Below the pieces are notes generated by a model. That model did not search any database. It saw only the letters and a list, made by a program, of their open reading frames with translations, and had not been told where the DNA came from. A DNA stretch of 40,723 nt, taken from positions 1 to 40,723 of the forward strand of contig DATCLD010000084.1 of the NCBI GenBank assembly GCA_036564115.1. The letters are read 5' to 3'. Below, piece after piece: positions 1 through 8,625 of the stretch. Within the stretch, counting starts at the first letter, position 1, and each line of letters starts with the position of its first letter. Source of the DNA: Limnochordales bacterium. GTDB lineage: Bacteria > Bacillota > Limnochordia > Limnochordales > ZCTH02-B6. The translations under genes and the position numbers were made by a program.

Positions 1-2
1 CC

Positions 3-422
<420 letters not shown>

Positions 423-478
423 CGTTCGTGGCCGGGTGGGGCGCAAGCACACGGCACCGGTCCTAACGACGCCCGACG

Positions 479-541
479 CGACGCGCCCAGGACTCGCAAC
501 GATACTCCCAGGACCCGTGACGACACCCCCTGGACCGGGGA
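479..541. repeat. Three imperfect tandem 21-nt units in the pepF/TraR-like intergenic region
   Basis: Units are cgacgcgcccaggactcgcaa / cgatactcccaggacccgtga / cgacaccccctggaccgggga. Neighbouring units share about 15-16 of 21 positions, hand aligned. They lie in a 295-nt gap with no convincing ORF. Confidence 0.6.
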
Positions 542-717
542 GGACCAGGGGGTTGTTTCCTGTCCGCCGCCGGTGGAGGAACGCGGCGCATCAGTGCCGA
601 AATACCCAGAGTATTGCAGCAAGCGACGGCACGGTCGCGACCGATGCGCGATATCATGGAGTGAATCGTAGCGGTTGTCCAGCGGACACTGGCAATCGCC
701 CGTGGAGGTGGTCACCG

Positions 718-903
718 GTGGAAGAGCGCCGCTGTGAGGTGTGCCACAAGCCCATTCCCCCCGAGCGGCTGGAGGCGCTGCCCGAAACGCGCCGTTGCGT
801 CCAGTGTGCGCGGGAGAAGGGATCAGACGTGTTCGCGCGGCGGGTAGGCATTGGGATGGACATCGACACGTACAAGGACCTGCTGGGTGCGACCCGCAGC
901 TAG
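718..903 (+). CDS. Small TraR/DksA-family C4-type zinc-finger protein (61 aa)
   Basis: GTG at 718 is preceded by GGAGG (704-708, 9-nt spacing). CEVC-N17-CVQC is the four-cysteine finger typical of the TraR/DksA C4 family. The upstream 110 codons of track ORF 388..903 cover the 21-nt repeats and look non-coding. Confidence 0.65.
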   Translation: MEERRCEVCHKPIPPERLEALPETRRCVQCAREKGSDVFARRVGIGMDIDTYKDLLGATRS

Positions 904-911
904 GTGCCGCT

Positions 912-1265
912 TCATCCCTGGGCCTCCGCGGGCTTCGGATCCACCCCGCCAGCCGTCTCCTCCGTGACCCATTTGAGGTAATCCGGATTGCCGCCCACGA
1001 TGGGAAACGCCGTGATGCACGGCACCGAGTAGGAGTGCAGTTCCCGCACCGCCTGGATCAGTTCCTCGAGAACCGCGGCCTTGGTTTTCAAGAACAACAG
1101 AGCTTCCCCGTCCTCGACTAGCCGGCCTTCCCACCAGTAAAGCGAACGGATCGCAGGGACCACGTTGGCGCAAGCCGCCAGCCGCCGTTCGACGACGGCG
1201 CGACCAATGCGCAAGGCTTCCGCCTCGTTGGGCGTCGTGATGTAAACCAGCATGTGGTCGGCCAA
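912..1265 (-). CDS. cutA: Divalent-cation tolerance protein CutA
   Basis: 117 aa. LVYITTPNEAEALRIGRAVVERRLAACANV...SLYWWEGRLVEDGEALLFLKT...YSVPCITAFPI is the CutA1 fold signature. TTG start at 1265 has AAGGAG 10 nt upstream; an in-frame ATG at 1253 is the alternative. Confidence 0.85.
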   Translation of the reverse strand: MADHMLVYITTPNEAEALRIGRAVVERRLAACANVVPAIRSLYWWEGRLVEDGEALLFLKTKAAVLEELIQAVRELHSYSVPCITAFPIVGGNPDYLKWVTEETAGGVDPKPAEAQG

Positions 1266-1310
1266 CGCGGCTTCACTCCTTGGAGGCAGGGGCGCCTGCC
1301 GGGCGCGGGG

Positions 1311-2435
1311 TCAACCGCGCTCGGCAAGCGGACGGAACTGCAAGTCCATGGGTCCTGCGTACTCGGCACGCGGCCGGATGAGCCGGTTGTCGGCGTACTG
1401 CTCGAGCACGTGGGCCGTCCAGCCGGACACGCGGCTGAAGGCGAAGATGGGTGTGAACAGGTCGATGGGGATGCCCAGCATGTAGTAAGTGGACGCGGAG
1501 TAGAAGTCGACGTTGGGGTAAAGCCCTTTCTTCTCAAACATGAGCTGTTCCAGGCGGCGGGACATCTCGTACCAGCGGGTGTCGCCGCGCTTTTCGCCCA
1601 GCTGCTGGGAGAACTGGCGCAGGAAGTCCGCCCGCGGGTCGCCGGTCTTATACACCCGGTGCCCGAAGCCCATGATGCGCTGCTTGTTTTCCAGTGCCTG
1701 GTCCAGCCACGCCGCGACGCGGCCGGGATCGCCGATCTCAAGCAGCGTGCGCATGACCTGCTCGTTGGCGCCTCCGTGCAAGGGGCCCTTGAGGGCGCCG
1801 ATGGCGGCCGTGACGGCCGAGTAGATGTCCGACAACGTGGAGGCCACCGTCCGCGCCGTGAACGTGGAGGCGTTGAGCTCGTGGTCGGCATGCAGGATCA
1901 GGCACGCATCGAAAATGCTGGTTTCCAGCTCGTCGGGCTCGGTGCCCCGGAGCATGAGGAGGAAGTTGGCCGCCAGGCCCAGATCGGAGCGCGGGGGCAC
2001 CGGTTCCCGGCCCTCCCGCAGCCGCGCGTGGTAGGCGATAATCATCGGGATGCGGGCCAGCAGGCGTACGGACTTGCGCAGGTTGGCGTCCCGGTCGCTT
2101 TTGTTCGCGTCCGGATCCACGACGCCGAGGGTCGAAACAGCCGTCCGCAACACAGCCATCGGTTCCGCATCGCGGGGGAAGGTGCGAATCAGGTCAATGA
2201 GTTCCCTGGGGAGGTCTTGCGCAGCGGCGATCTGTTGCCGCAGATCCGCAAGCTGCGCTTGGGTGGGCAGCTCGCCGTGCCACAGCAGATAGACGACTTC
2301 CTCAAAGGTGGCCTTGCCGATAAACTCGCCGATGTCGTAGCCGCGATAGACCAGCCGTCGCCGCTGGCCGTCGATGAAGCAGATCTCGGACCGTAGGGCG
2401 ACGATGTCTTCTAGGCCAGCTTTGAAACTCGACAT
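1311..2435 (-). CDS. Citrate synthase (or closely related 2-methylcitrate synthase), 374 aa
   Basis: Active-site motifs LILHADHELNASTF and GFGHRVYKTGDPRA are present. ATG at 2435 has AAAGGAG 8 nt upstream. Confidence 0.9.
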   Translation of the reverse strand: MSSFKAGLEDIVALRSEICFIDGQRRRLVYRGYDIGEFIGKATFEEVVYLLWHGELPTQAQLADLRQQIAAAQDLPRELIDLIRTFPRDAEPMAVLRTAVSTLGVVDPDANKSDRDANLRKSVRLLARIPMIIAYHARLREGREPVPPRSDLGLAANFLLMLRGTEPDELETSIFDACLILHADHELNASTFTARTVASTLSDIYSAVTAAIGALKGPLHGGANEQVMRTLLEIGDPGRVAAWLDQALENKQRIMGFGHRVYKTGDPRADFLRQFSQQLGEKRGDTRWYEMSRRLEQLMFEKKGLYPNVDFYSASTYYMLGIPIDLFTPIFAFSRVSGWTAHVLEQYADNRLIRPRAEYAGPMDLQFRPLAERG

Positions 2436-2548
2436 CTCCCCGACTCCTTTCGCTGCTCAGCATGTCGCCACAAGTTTTTCTTTGCGGCGGGCCTTCTTCC
2501 CTTTTTTCCCCAAAGTTCGCTCTCCAATTGGGACAAACGTCACCCAGG

Positions 2549-2581
2549 CAAAAGCAGGGCCGGGAGATACACCCGGCCCTG
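2549..2581 (-). terminator. Rho-independent terminator downstream of sufB
   Basis: Perfect 10-bp GC stem (cagggccggg 2555-2564 / cccggccctg 2572-2581) with a 7-nt loop. On the minus strand it is followed by CTTTTG. It lies 62 nt after the sufB stop. Confidence 0.55.
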
Positions 2582-2642
2582 CGCCTCGGTTGGTTGCGGT
2601 TGGCTCCGGCTGGCCGCCGCGCGGAAGGTCGGACGAGCGCGC

Positions 2643-4043
2643 TTACCCGACCGAGCCTTCCATCTCCAGCTGGATCAGCCGGTTGAGCTCCACAGCGTAC
2701 TCCATGGGCAGCTCCTTGGTGAAGGGCTCCAGGAATCCCTGCACCACCATCGTGGTCGCCTCGTCCTCGGAGAGGCCGCGGCTCATGAGGTAGAAGAGCT
2801 GGTCCTCCCGCACCTTGCTGACCGTGGCTTCGTGTTCGATGGCCACGTCCTCGTGCAGGATGTCCATGTAGGGAATGGTTTCCGCCTTGGAGTGGTCATC
2901 GAACAGGAGCGCATCGCACTTCACCGTGCAGCGGGCGTGGGCCGCGTTGGGATTGACCCGGACCAGACCCCGGTAGGTGGTGGTGCCGCCGCCCTTGGAG
3001 ATGGACTTGGACGTGACGGTAGAGGAGGTATAGGGGGCGTTGTGGACCACCTTGGCGCCCGCGTCCTGATGCTGGCCCTTGCCCGCGAAGGCGATGGAGA
3101 GGATGTCGCCGCGGGCGCCCTTGCCCATCAGGAACACCGCCGGGTACTTCATCGTCACCTTGCTGCCGATGTTACCGTCCACCCACTCCATGGTGGCGTC
3201 CTCGTAGGCCACGGCCCGCTTGGTTACCAGGTTGTAAACGTTGTGGGACCAGTTCTGGATGGTGGTGTAGCGCACCCGGCTGCCCGGCAGGCAGATGATC
3301 TCGACGACGGCCGCGTGCAGCGAGTCGGTGGAGTAGATGGGGGCCGTGCACCCTTCCACGTAGTGGACGAAGCTGCCCTCGTCGGCGATGATGAGCGTCC
3401 GCTCGAACTGGCCGACGTTCTCCGCATTGATGCGGAAATAGGCCTGCAGCGGGATCTCCACCCGCTTGCCGGGCGGCACGTAGATGAAAGACCCGCCGCT
3501 CCAGACCGCCGAGTTGAGCGCAGCGAACTTGTTGTCGCTGGGCGGCACGACGGTGCCGAAGTACTTGCGCACGAGGTCCGGGTACTCCCGCACGGCAGTG
3601 TCCGTGTCGCAGAAGATGACGCCCTGCTTGGCCAGGTCCTCGCGGATGTTGTGGTACACGACCTCCGACTCGTACTGGGCGGTCACGCCGGCCAGGAACT
3701 TGCGCTCCGCCTCAGGGATCCCGAGCCGGTCGAAGGTCTTTTTGATGTGCTCGGGCACTTCGTCCCAGCTGCGGCCCTTCTTCTCCGTGGGCCGGACGTA
3801 GTAGTGGATGCTGTCGAAGTCGATGGCCGACAGGTCGGCTCCCCAAGTCGGCATCGGCTTCTTGAGGAAGATCTCCAGCGACTTGAGGCGGAACTCCCGC
3901 ATCCAGTCGGGCTCGCCCTTCAGGTCGGAGATTTCTTCAACAAGCTGGCGGGAGAGACCCTTGCCAGACTTGAATACGTACTGCTCCGGATCGCGGAACC
4001 CGTAGCGGTATTCCTGATCGATATCGATCACAGGCTTTGCCAT
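2643..4043 (-). CDS. sufB: Fe-S cluster assembly protein SufB (466 aa)
   Basis: ATG at 4043 has GAAAGGGGG SD (4052-4060, 8-nt spacing). Conservation runs from N-terminal [16 protein letters not shown] to C-terminal [50 protein letters not shown]. Size matches Bacillus SufB. The 33 upstream codons of the track ORF were discarded. Confidence 0.9.
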   Translation of the reverse strand: MAKPVIDIDQEYRYGFRDPEQYVFKSGKGLSRQLVEEISDLKGEPDWMREFRLKSLEIFLKKPMPTWGADLSAIDFDSIHYYVRPTEKKGRSWDEVPEHIKKTFDRLGIPEAERKFLAGVTAQYESEVVYHNIREDLAKQGVIFCDTDTAVREYPDLVRKYFGTVVPPSDNKFAALNSAVWSGGSFIYVPPGKRVEIPLQAYFRINAENVGQFERTLIIADEGSFVHYVEGCTAPIYSTDSLHAAVVEIICLPGSRVRYTTIQNWSHNVYNLVTKRAVAYEDATMEWVDGNIGSKVTMKYPAVFLMGKGARGDILSIAFAGKGQHQDAGAKVVHNAPYTSSTVTSKSISKGGGTTTYRGLVRVNPNAAHARCTVKCDALLFDDHSKAETIPYMDILHEDVAIEHEATVSKVREDQLFYLMSRGLSEDEATTMVVQGFLEPFTKELPMEYAVELNRLIQLEMEGSVG

Positions 4044-4079
4044 CCGTGTTTCCCCCTTTCGGTCCAGCGATTCATACCT

Positions 4080-4107
4080 ATTATATCTAACCCACCCAGC
4101 GGCGCAA
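4080..4107 (-). promoter_or_regulatory. Candidate sigmaA-type promoter for sufB
   Basis: On the minus strand there is a perfect TATAAT (4085-4080) with TTGCGC (4107-4102) 16 nt upstream, about 30 nt ahead of the sufB ATG. The -35 is weak (3/6). Confidence 0.3.
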
Positions 4108-4287
4108 GCGGCCCGCTCTGCGAGGCGCCGGCTTCTGTCCAATCACTGGAAACCGCGGGGCCCGGTGTGCGCCGCACTCCGGTCCGCCTCATTTGACCAG
4201 AAGGCGCGCAAAATTTGGCCACAAGCTGCAAAAAAAGTGCGGCGTCGGGGAGGATTTGGGGCGCGATCCCCGAATTCACCGCTTACG

Positions 4288-4313
4288 GTGGGGCGAAGTG
4301 GGGGAAAGTGGAG
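4288..4313 (+). promoter_or_regulatory. Candidate MraZ operator: three direct GTGG(G/A) repeats at exact 10-nt phasing
   Basis: GTGGGG (4288), GTGGGGG (4298) and GTGGAG (4308) lie immediately upstream of mraZ. E. coli MraZ binds three TGGGN direct repeats with 10-nt periodicity (published). The third repeat overlaps the mraZ SD. Confidence 0.4.
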
Positions 4314-4325
4314 AGGACTGGGGCC

Positions 4326-4757
4326 GTGTTCGTGGGTGAGTTTCAGCACGCGCTGGACGACAAAGGCCGGCTCACTATCCCGGCCCGCTTCCGCGACGGG
4401 CTTGGGGAGCGGTTCATCGTCACGCGCGGGCTGGACAGCTGCCTGTTTGTCTACCCGCTGGCTGAGTGGCAGGTGCTGGAGAGCCGGCTCAAGTCCCTTC
4501 CCCTGACGAAGGCCGACGCCCGGGCCTTTGCCCGTTTCTTGTTTTCCGGCGCGTTCGAGTGCGAGCTGGACCGCCAAGGCCGCGTCATGCTGCCGCCCAA
4601 CCTGCGGCAATACGCGGGTCTGGAGAAGGACGCCGTCATCATCGGCGTCTCGACCCGGGTCGAGATCTGGGCCGCGGATCGGTGGGCGGCCTACGTGTCC
4701 CAGGCCGAAGCGTCCTTTGCCGAAATTGCCGAGAACTTGGAAGGCCTGGGGCTGTAG
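4326..4757 (+). CDS. mraZ: Transcriptional regulator MraZ (143 aa)
   Basis: GTG at 4326 gives VFVGEFQHALDDKGRLTIPARFR, the canonical MraZ N-terminus. A second DxxGR repeat (ELDRQGRVMLP) is present. It is the first gene of the dcw cluster. Confidence 0.9.
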   Translation: MFVGEFQHALDDKGRLTIPARFRDGLGERFIVTRGLDSCLFVYPLAEWQVLESRLKSLPLTKADARAFARFLFSGAFECELDRQGRVMLPPNLRQYAGLEKDAVIIGVSTRVEIWAADRWAAYVSQAEASFAEIAENLEGLGL

Positions 4758-4766
4758 GGTGCCGGG

Positions 4767-5729
4767 GTGGGTCGCTTGAGTCACGTGCCGGTGATGCTGG
4801 AGCAGGTGGTGGAGGTCCTCAAGCCCGCGCCGGGCCAAGTTGTCGTGGACTGCACGGTAGGCGGAGGCGGCCACGCGGCGGCCATCCTGCCGCGGCTTGT
4901 CCCCGGCGGGCGGCTGATCGGGATCGACCAGGACCCCCGCACGCTGCAAACCGCCCGGGAGCGCTTGGCTCCCTTTGGCGAGGCCGTGACGCTGGTGCAC
5001 GGCAACTTCAGGGATTTGGCGGCCATCCTGGCGCGCGTGGGCGTCAACCGGGTGCACGCTGTCCTCTTCGATCTAGGCGTCTCGTCCTTCCAGCTGGACG
5101 AGCCGGAGCGGGGGTTCACGTACCGGGCCGACGCTCCCCTGGATATGCGGATGGATCCCGGCTCCCCGGTGACGGCCGCGGACCTGGTCAACACCTTGCC
5201 CAAAGCGGAGTTGGCGCGCCTCATCCGGGAGTACGGCGAGGAGCGTTGGGCGGGCAAGATCGCGGCGGCCATCGTGCGGGCCCGGGAGCGTAAACCGTTT
5301 GCGACCACAGGGGAACTGGTGGAAGTGGTCAAAGCTGCGATCCCGGCACCAGCCCGCAGGCGGGGTCCGCACCCTGCCCGCAGGACCTTCCAGGCCCTGC
5401 GCATCGCGGTCAACGGCGAGCTGGATGCATTGCGCACGGGGCTTTTGGCGGCTATTGAGGCGCTGTCGCCCGGCGGCCGGGTGGCGGTGATCAGCTTTCA
5501 TTCGCTGGAAGACCGCATCGTCAAACAGACGTTCGCTGACTTGTCGGTCGGCTGCCGGTGCCCGCCCGACCTGCCCGAGTGCCGCTGCGGGCGGCAGGCG
5601 GTGCTCAGGGTGGTGACCCGCAAGCCCCTGGTGCCGGCAAGCCAAGAGGTGGCGGCGAACCCTCGGGCCCGCAGCGCGCGCTTGCGGGCGGCGGAGCGGC
5701 TTGTTCTAGGCGGGAGGGAGGAGGAATAG
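4767..5729 (+). CDS. rsmH: 16S rRNA (cytosine1402-N4)-methyltransferase RsmH/MraW
   Basis: Motifs [31 protein letters not shown] and [11 protein letters not shown] are present, in the position after mraZ. The exact start is uncertain (GTG 4767, TTG 4776 or GTG 4785). Confidence 0.9.
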   Translation: MGRLSHVPVMLEQVVEVLKPAPGQVVVDCTVGGGGHAAAILPRLVPGGRLIGIDQDPRTLQTARERLAPFGEAVTLVHGNFRDLAAILARVGVNRVHAVLFDLGVSSFQLDEPERGFTYRADAPLDMRMDPGSPVTAADLVNTLPKAELARLIREYGEERWAGKIAAAIVRARERKPFATTGELVEVVKAAIPAPARRRGPHPARRTFQALRIAVNGELDALRTGLLAAIEALSPGGRVAVISFHSLEDRIVKQTFADLSVGCRCPPDLPECRCGRQAVLRVVTRKPLVPASQEVAANPRARSARLRAAERLVLGGREEE

Positions 5730-5731
5730 CA

Positions 5732-6238
5732 TTGGTACCAGCACTGAAGACGCCCACTCCCCATTGGCAGCAATGGGATGAGCCGGGCCGCCTGTCCCAT
5801 ACCCATACCCCGGTCCGGCCGGCGCCCCGTTCGGTCAATCCCTTCGCGGTTGTGCCGGTCCTGGCCCTCTTGCTGCTCGGCGCCGGTATGGGCTTCATCG
5901 CCCAGCGGGTTTACGTGATGGAATTGGGATACCAACTGCGGGAACTGAACCTGGAACTGGCCCGGGTGCAGGATGAGCATCGCCGGCTGCAGGTGGAGAT
6001 CGTGCGGGCGAAAAGCCCGGAGCGGGTCGAGGCCCTGGCCCGGGCGCGCCTGGCCATGGTGGATCCCGGCCAGGCCCAGCTGGTCGTGCTGTCCTCGGAC
6101 GCAACCGACACCGCTGTGGCCGCTACGGAACCCTCGCGCTCGCTGCCGGAAATGCTGGCCGCGCAGATGACCGCGGTCGGGGACTGGCTGCTGGCCCGCT
6201 TTGCCGCGACGGCGGAAGCGGGCAGCCGGCGGCCGTAA
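5732..6238 (+). CDS. ftsL: Cell division protein FtsL (septum formation initiator family)
   Basis: One TM helix (FAVVPVLALLLLGAGMGFIA) is followed by a coiled coil (LGYQLRELNLELARVQDEHRRLQVEIVRAKSPERVEALAR). Position between rsmH and the PBP fits FtsL. TTG at 5732 has a GGAGGAGGA SD 6 nt upstream. Track ORF 5558.. overlaps rsmH and was trimmed. Confidence 0.65.
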   Translation: MVPALKTPTPHWQQWDEPGRLSHTHTPVRPAPRSVNPFAVVPVLALLLLGAGMGFIAQRVYVMELGYQLRELNLELARVQDEHRRLQVEIVRAKSPERVEALARARLAMVDPGQAQLVVLSSDATDTAVAATEPSRSLPEMLAAQMTAVGDWLLARFAATAEAGSRRP

Positions 6239-6301
6239 CCGGCAGTCCGGAGACAGGCGCTCGATCCCGGGGGTGCGGGCGACCCTTGGGAGTGTTGCAC
6301 C

Positions 6302-8410
6302 TTGCCCAGGCTGTCGCACGTTGTCATTCGCCAGCGGATCGTGCTCGTCTTCGCGGTGGCTTTCGTTGCCGCTTTCCTGCTTGCGACCCGACTTGCCTAC
6401 GTCCAGGTCTTGCAGAACCAGCGATACACGCAACTCGCGCTGGAGCAGCGCTTGCGGGGCGTGCCGGCTGACCCGCTGCGGGGCACGGTTTACGACCGCA
6501 ACGGGATCGAGCTGGCGGTGAGCGTCAGCTCCGACGCCGTCTACGTCCGGCCGGCGGAGATTCGCGATCGCAGCAGCACAGCAGCGCAGCTGGCCCAGAT
6601 CCTCGGGATGCCCTATGACGACGTCCTGGAGCGGCTGGGACAGCACCAGGCGGAGGTTTGGATCCGCCGCCGCGTGAGCGAGGAGGAAGCCCGGCAAGTG
6701 CGGGCCGCCGCGCTGCCGGGGGTTTACGTGGCCCAGCGGACAGCGCGCCTGTACCCGCATGGCACGTTGGCCGCGCACGTCCTGGGCTTGGTCGGGATCG
6801 ACAACCAGGGGCTTGAGGGGATCGAGCTGCAGTACGATCAGCTCTTAAGGGGCGTGCCGGGCCGCGAGCTTGTGGAACGGGACGCTCGCGGGCAGCGGAT
6901 CCCGGCGGGGTTGGCCGATTTCGTGCCGCCCCGGGACGGGTATGGCGTCATCCTCACCATCGACGCCGCCATCCAGGCTATCGCCGAACGGGAATTGGAG
7001 CGAGCGTGCATCGCCACGCTGTCTGAGTTTTGCATGACGATGTGGATGAATCCCCGCACCGGGGAAATCCTGGCTATGGCCGTGTACCCGACGTTTGATC
7101 CCAACGCACCGGGCGACTACCCGGCCGCGGTTCGCCGCAACCGGGTGGTGACGGATCAGTTCGAGCCCGGCTCCATCTTCAAGATCGTCACGGCCGTGGC
7201 GGCTCTGGAAGAAGGCGTCGTCACGCCCGAGGAGCAGTTTTACGACGCCGGTTTCATCGAAATCGGCGGCGGGCGCGTCCACTGTTGGCGGGCAGGCGGC
7301 CACGGGAGCCTGACGTTTGCCCGGGCAGTGGAGGTGTCGTGCAACCCCGTCTTTGCTGAACTGGGCGGCTTGCGGCTGGGACCGGAGCGGTTTTACCCTT
7401 ATCTTAAGGCCTTCGGTTTCGGCGAGCGCCTGGGCCTTGATTATCCCGGCGAGGCGGCGGGACTTATCCCCGTTCCGGGCCAGGTGCCTCACGGGGAAAT
7501 CTTGCGGTGGGCCAACGTCGGGTTTGGCCAGGGGGTCGCCATCACTCCCTTGCAGATGCTGTCGGCCCTGGCAACCATTGCCAACGACGGCGTCCGCATG
7601 CGGCCGCAACTGGTGGCAGGCATCGTCGACCCGGTGACGGGCGCGGTGCAGCACATCCGGCCCCAGCCCGTCCACCGCGTGATTTCCGACGCGACGGCGC
7701 GGGCCTTTCTGGCCATGATGCGGGAGACGGTCGTCAACGGCTCGGGGAGCAATGCCGACATCCCCGGGTATTTGGTGGGCGGCAAGACGGGCACGGCGCA
7801 AGTCGCGGAGGGTGGTGTCTACACGGAGAAGCGCCTGGCGTCGTTTCTCGGGGTGGCGCCGGTAGACGACCCGCGGCTTGTGGGGCTCGTGATGCTCTTT
7901 GATCTGAAACCGCGGCCCGCGTACGGCGGCGTGCACGCAGCGCCAGTGTGGCGGGCGATTGCGCAGCAAGCCTTGCCTTACCTCGACGTGGCACCGCGGG
8001 CCGAGGGACAGGGTGCGGAGCCTACCGATCCCGCACGGGTGCGGGTGCCCAACGTGCAAAACTTGCCCGTGAACGAGGCCGAGGCCATCTTGCGCGCCGC
8101 CGGCCTGCGGCCGGTGCTGGAGGGGCTGGGCACCTACGTGCTGGACCAGACGCCGGTCCCAGGGGCAATCGTGGAGCGGGGCACCCAGGTACTTCTCGAG
8201 TTTTGGGAGGTGCCCGAGCATTGGCAGGGCGAAACGACGGTGCCCTCGGTGCTAGGATACTCGCCGCAGGAGGTCGCGGAGCGGCTCGCGGCGGCGGGCC
8301 TTGTGCTGGAGATGGACGGGAACGGCGTCGCCCAAGTCCAGGTGCCTGCGGCAGGCGAGCGCGCCCTCAGGGGCACCCGGGTGCGGGTGCAGTTTGGCCC
8401 CGCAGGTTGA
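6302..8410 (+). CDS. ftsI: Class B penicillin-binding protein (FtsI/PBP2B/SpoVD type) with two C-terminal PASTA domains
   Basis: 702 aa with an N-terminal TM anchor. Transpeptidase motifs GSIFK (SxxK), SCN (SxN) and KTGTA are present. Two PASTA-like repeats follow (VPNVQNLPVNEAEAILRAAGL..., VPSVLGYSPQEVAERLAAAGL...). TTG start has GGGAG 7 nt upstream. Confidence 0.9.
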   Translation: MPRLSHVVIRQRIVLVFAVAFVAAFLLATRLAYVQVLQNQRYTQLALEQRLRGVPADPLRGTVYDRNGIELAVSVSSDAVYVRPAEIRDRSSTAAQLAQILGMPYDDVLERLGQHQAEVWIRRRVSEEEARQVRAAALPGVYVAQRTARLYPHGTLAAHVLGLVGIDNQGLEGIELQYDQLLRGVPGRELVERDARGQRIPAGLADFVPPRDGYGVILTIDAAIQAIAERELERACIATLSEFCMTMWMNPRTGEILAMAVYPTFDPNAPGDYPAAVRRNRVVTDQFEPGSIFKIVTAVAALEEGVVTPEEQFYDAGFIEIGGGRVHCWRAGGHGSLTFARAVEVSCNPVFAELGGLRLGPERFYPYLKAFGFGERLGLDYPGEAAGLIPVPGQVPHGEILRWANVGFGQGVAITPLQMLSALATIANDGVRMRPQLVAGIVDPVTGAVQHIRPQPVHRVISDATARAFLAMMRETVVNGSGSNADIPGYLVGGKTGTAQVAEGGVYTEKRLASFLGVAPVDDPRLVGLVMLFDLKPRPAYGGVHAAPVWRAIAQQALPYLDVAPRAEGQGAEPTDPARVRVPNVQNLPVNEAEAILRAAGLRPVLEGLGTYVLDQTPVPGAIVERGTQVLLEFWEVPEHWQGETTVPSVLGYSPQEVAERLAAAGLVLEMDGNGVAQVQVPAAGERALRGTRVRVQFGPAG

Positions 8411-8625
8411 ACGTCGGGCGAGCCCAGGCCGCGGCCTGCCGGCACCCGGCGGGCCAAAGCCGCTGCGCCCCAAAAACGGTGGCCGCCCAACGCCGGGGCC
8501 AGCCAAGACCCCAGCCGGCCGAAGCCCGGGCGCGCAAGGCCTGGCGGGTTGAAAAATAGAGGCAACGCTGGGAGGAAACACTCAAACCGGCGCCGTAGTA
8601 GGCAAGGACACGCCAGGAGGTCGCA

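Noticed and set aside
479-541. The 21-nt repeat clusters (479-541 and 40515-40578) as mini-CRISPR arrays.
   Set aside because: The repeats are directly adjacent with no spacers, there are only three units, and no cas genes are in the window.
1254-2396. Long ORFs lying antisense to or out of frame with recognised genes. Examples are 1254..2396(+), 2832..4196(+), 4143..5057(-), 5498..6778(-), 6845..8221(-), 8896..10083(-), 10001..11536(-), 10567..12210(-), 12526..13704(-), 19268..20221(-), 23602..24717(-), 25653..26996(-), 27082..28833(-), 30875..32770(-), 34219..34989(-) and 39165..40196(+).
   Set aside because: Each overlaps a gene with strong family motifs on the other strand or frame. Their translations are Arg/Pro/Gly/His-rich low-complexity strings with no recognisable motifs, which is the usual stop-codon-poor shadow of high-GC coding DNA.
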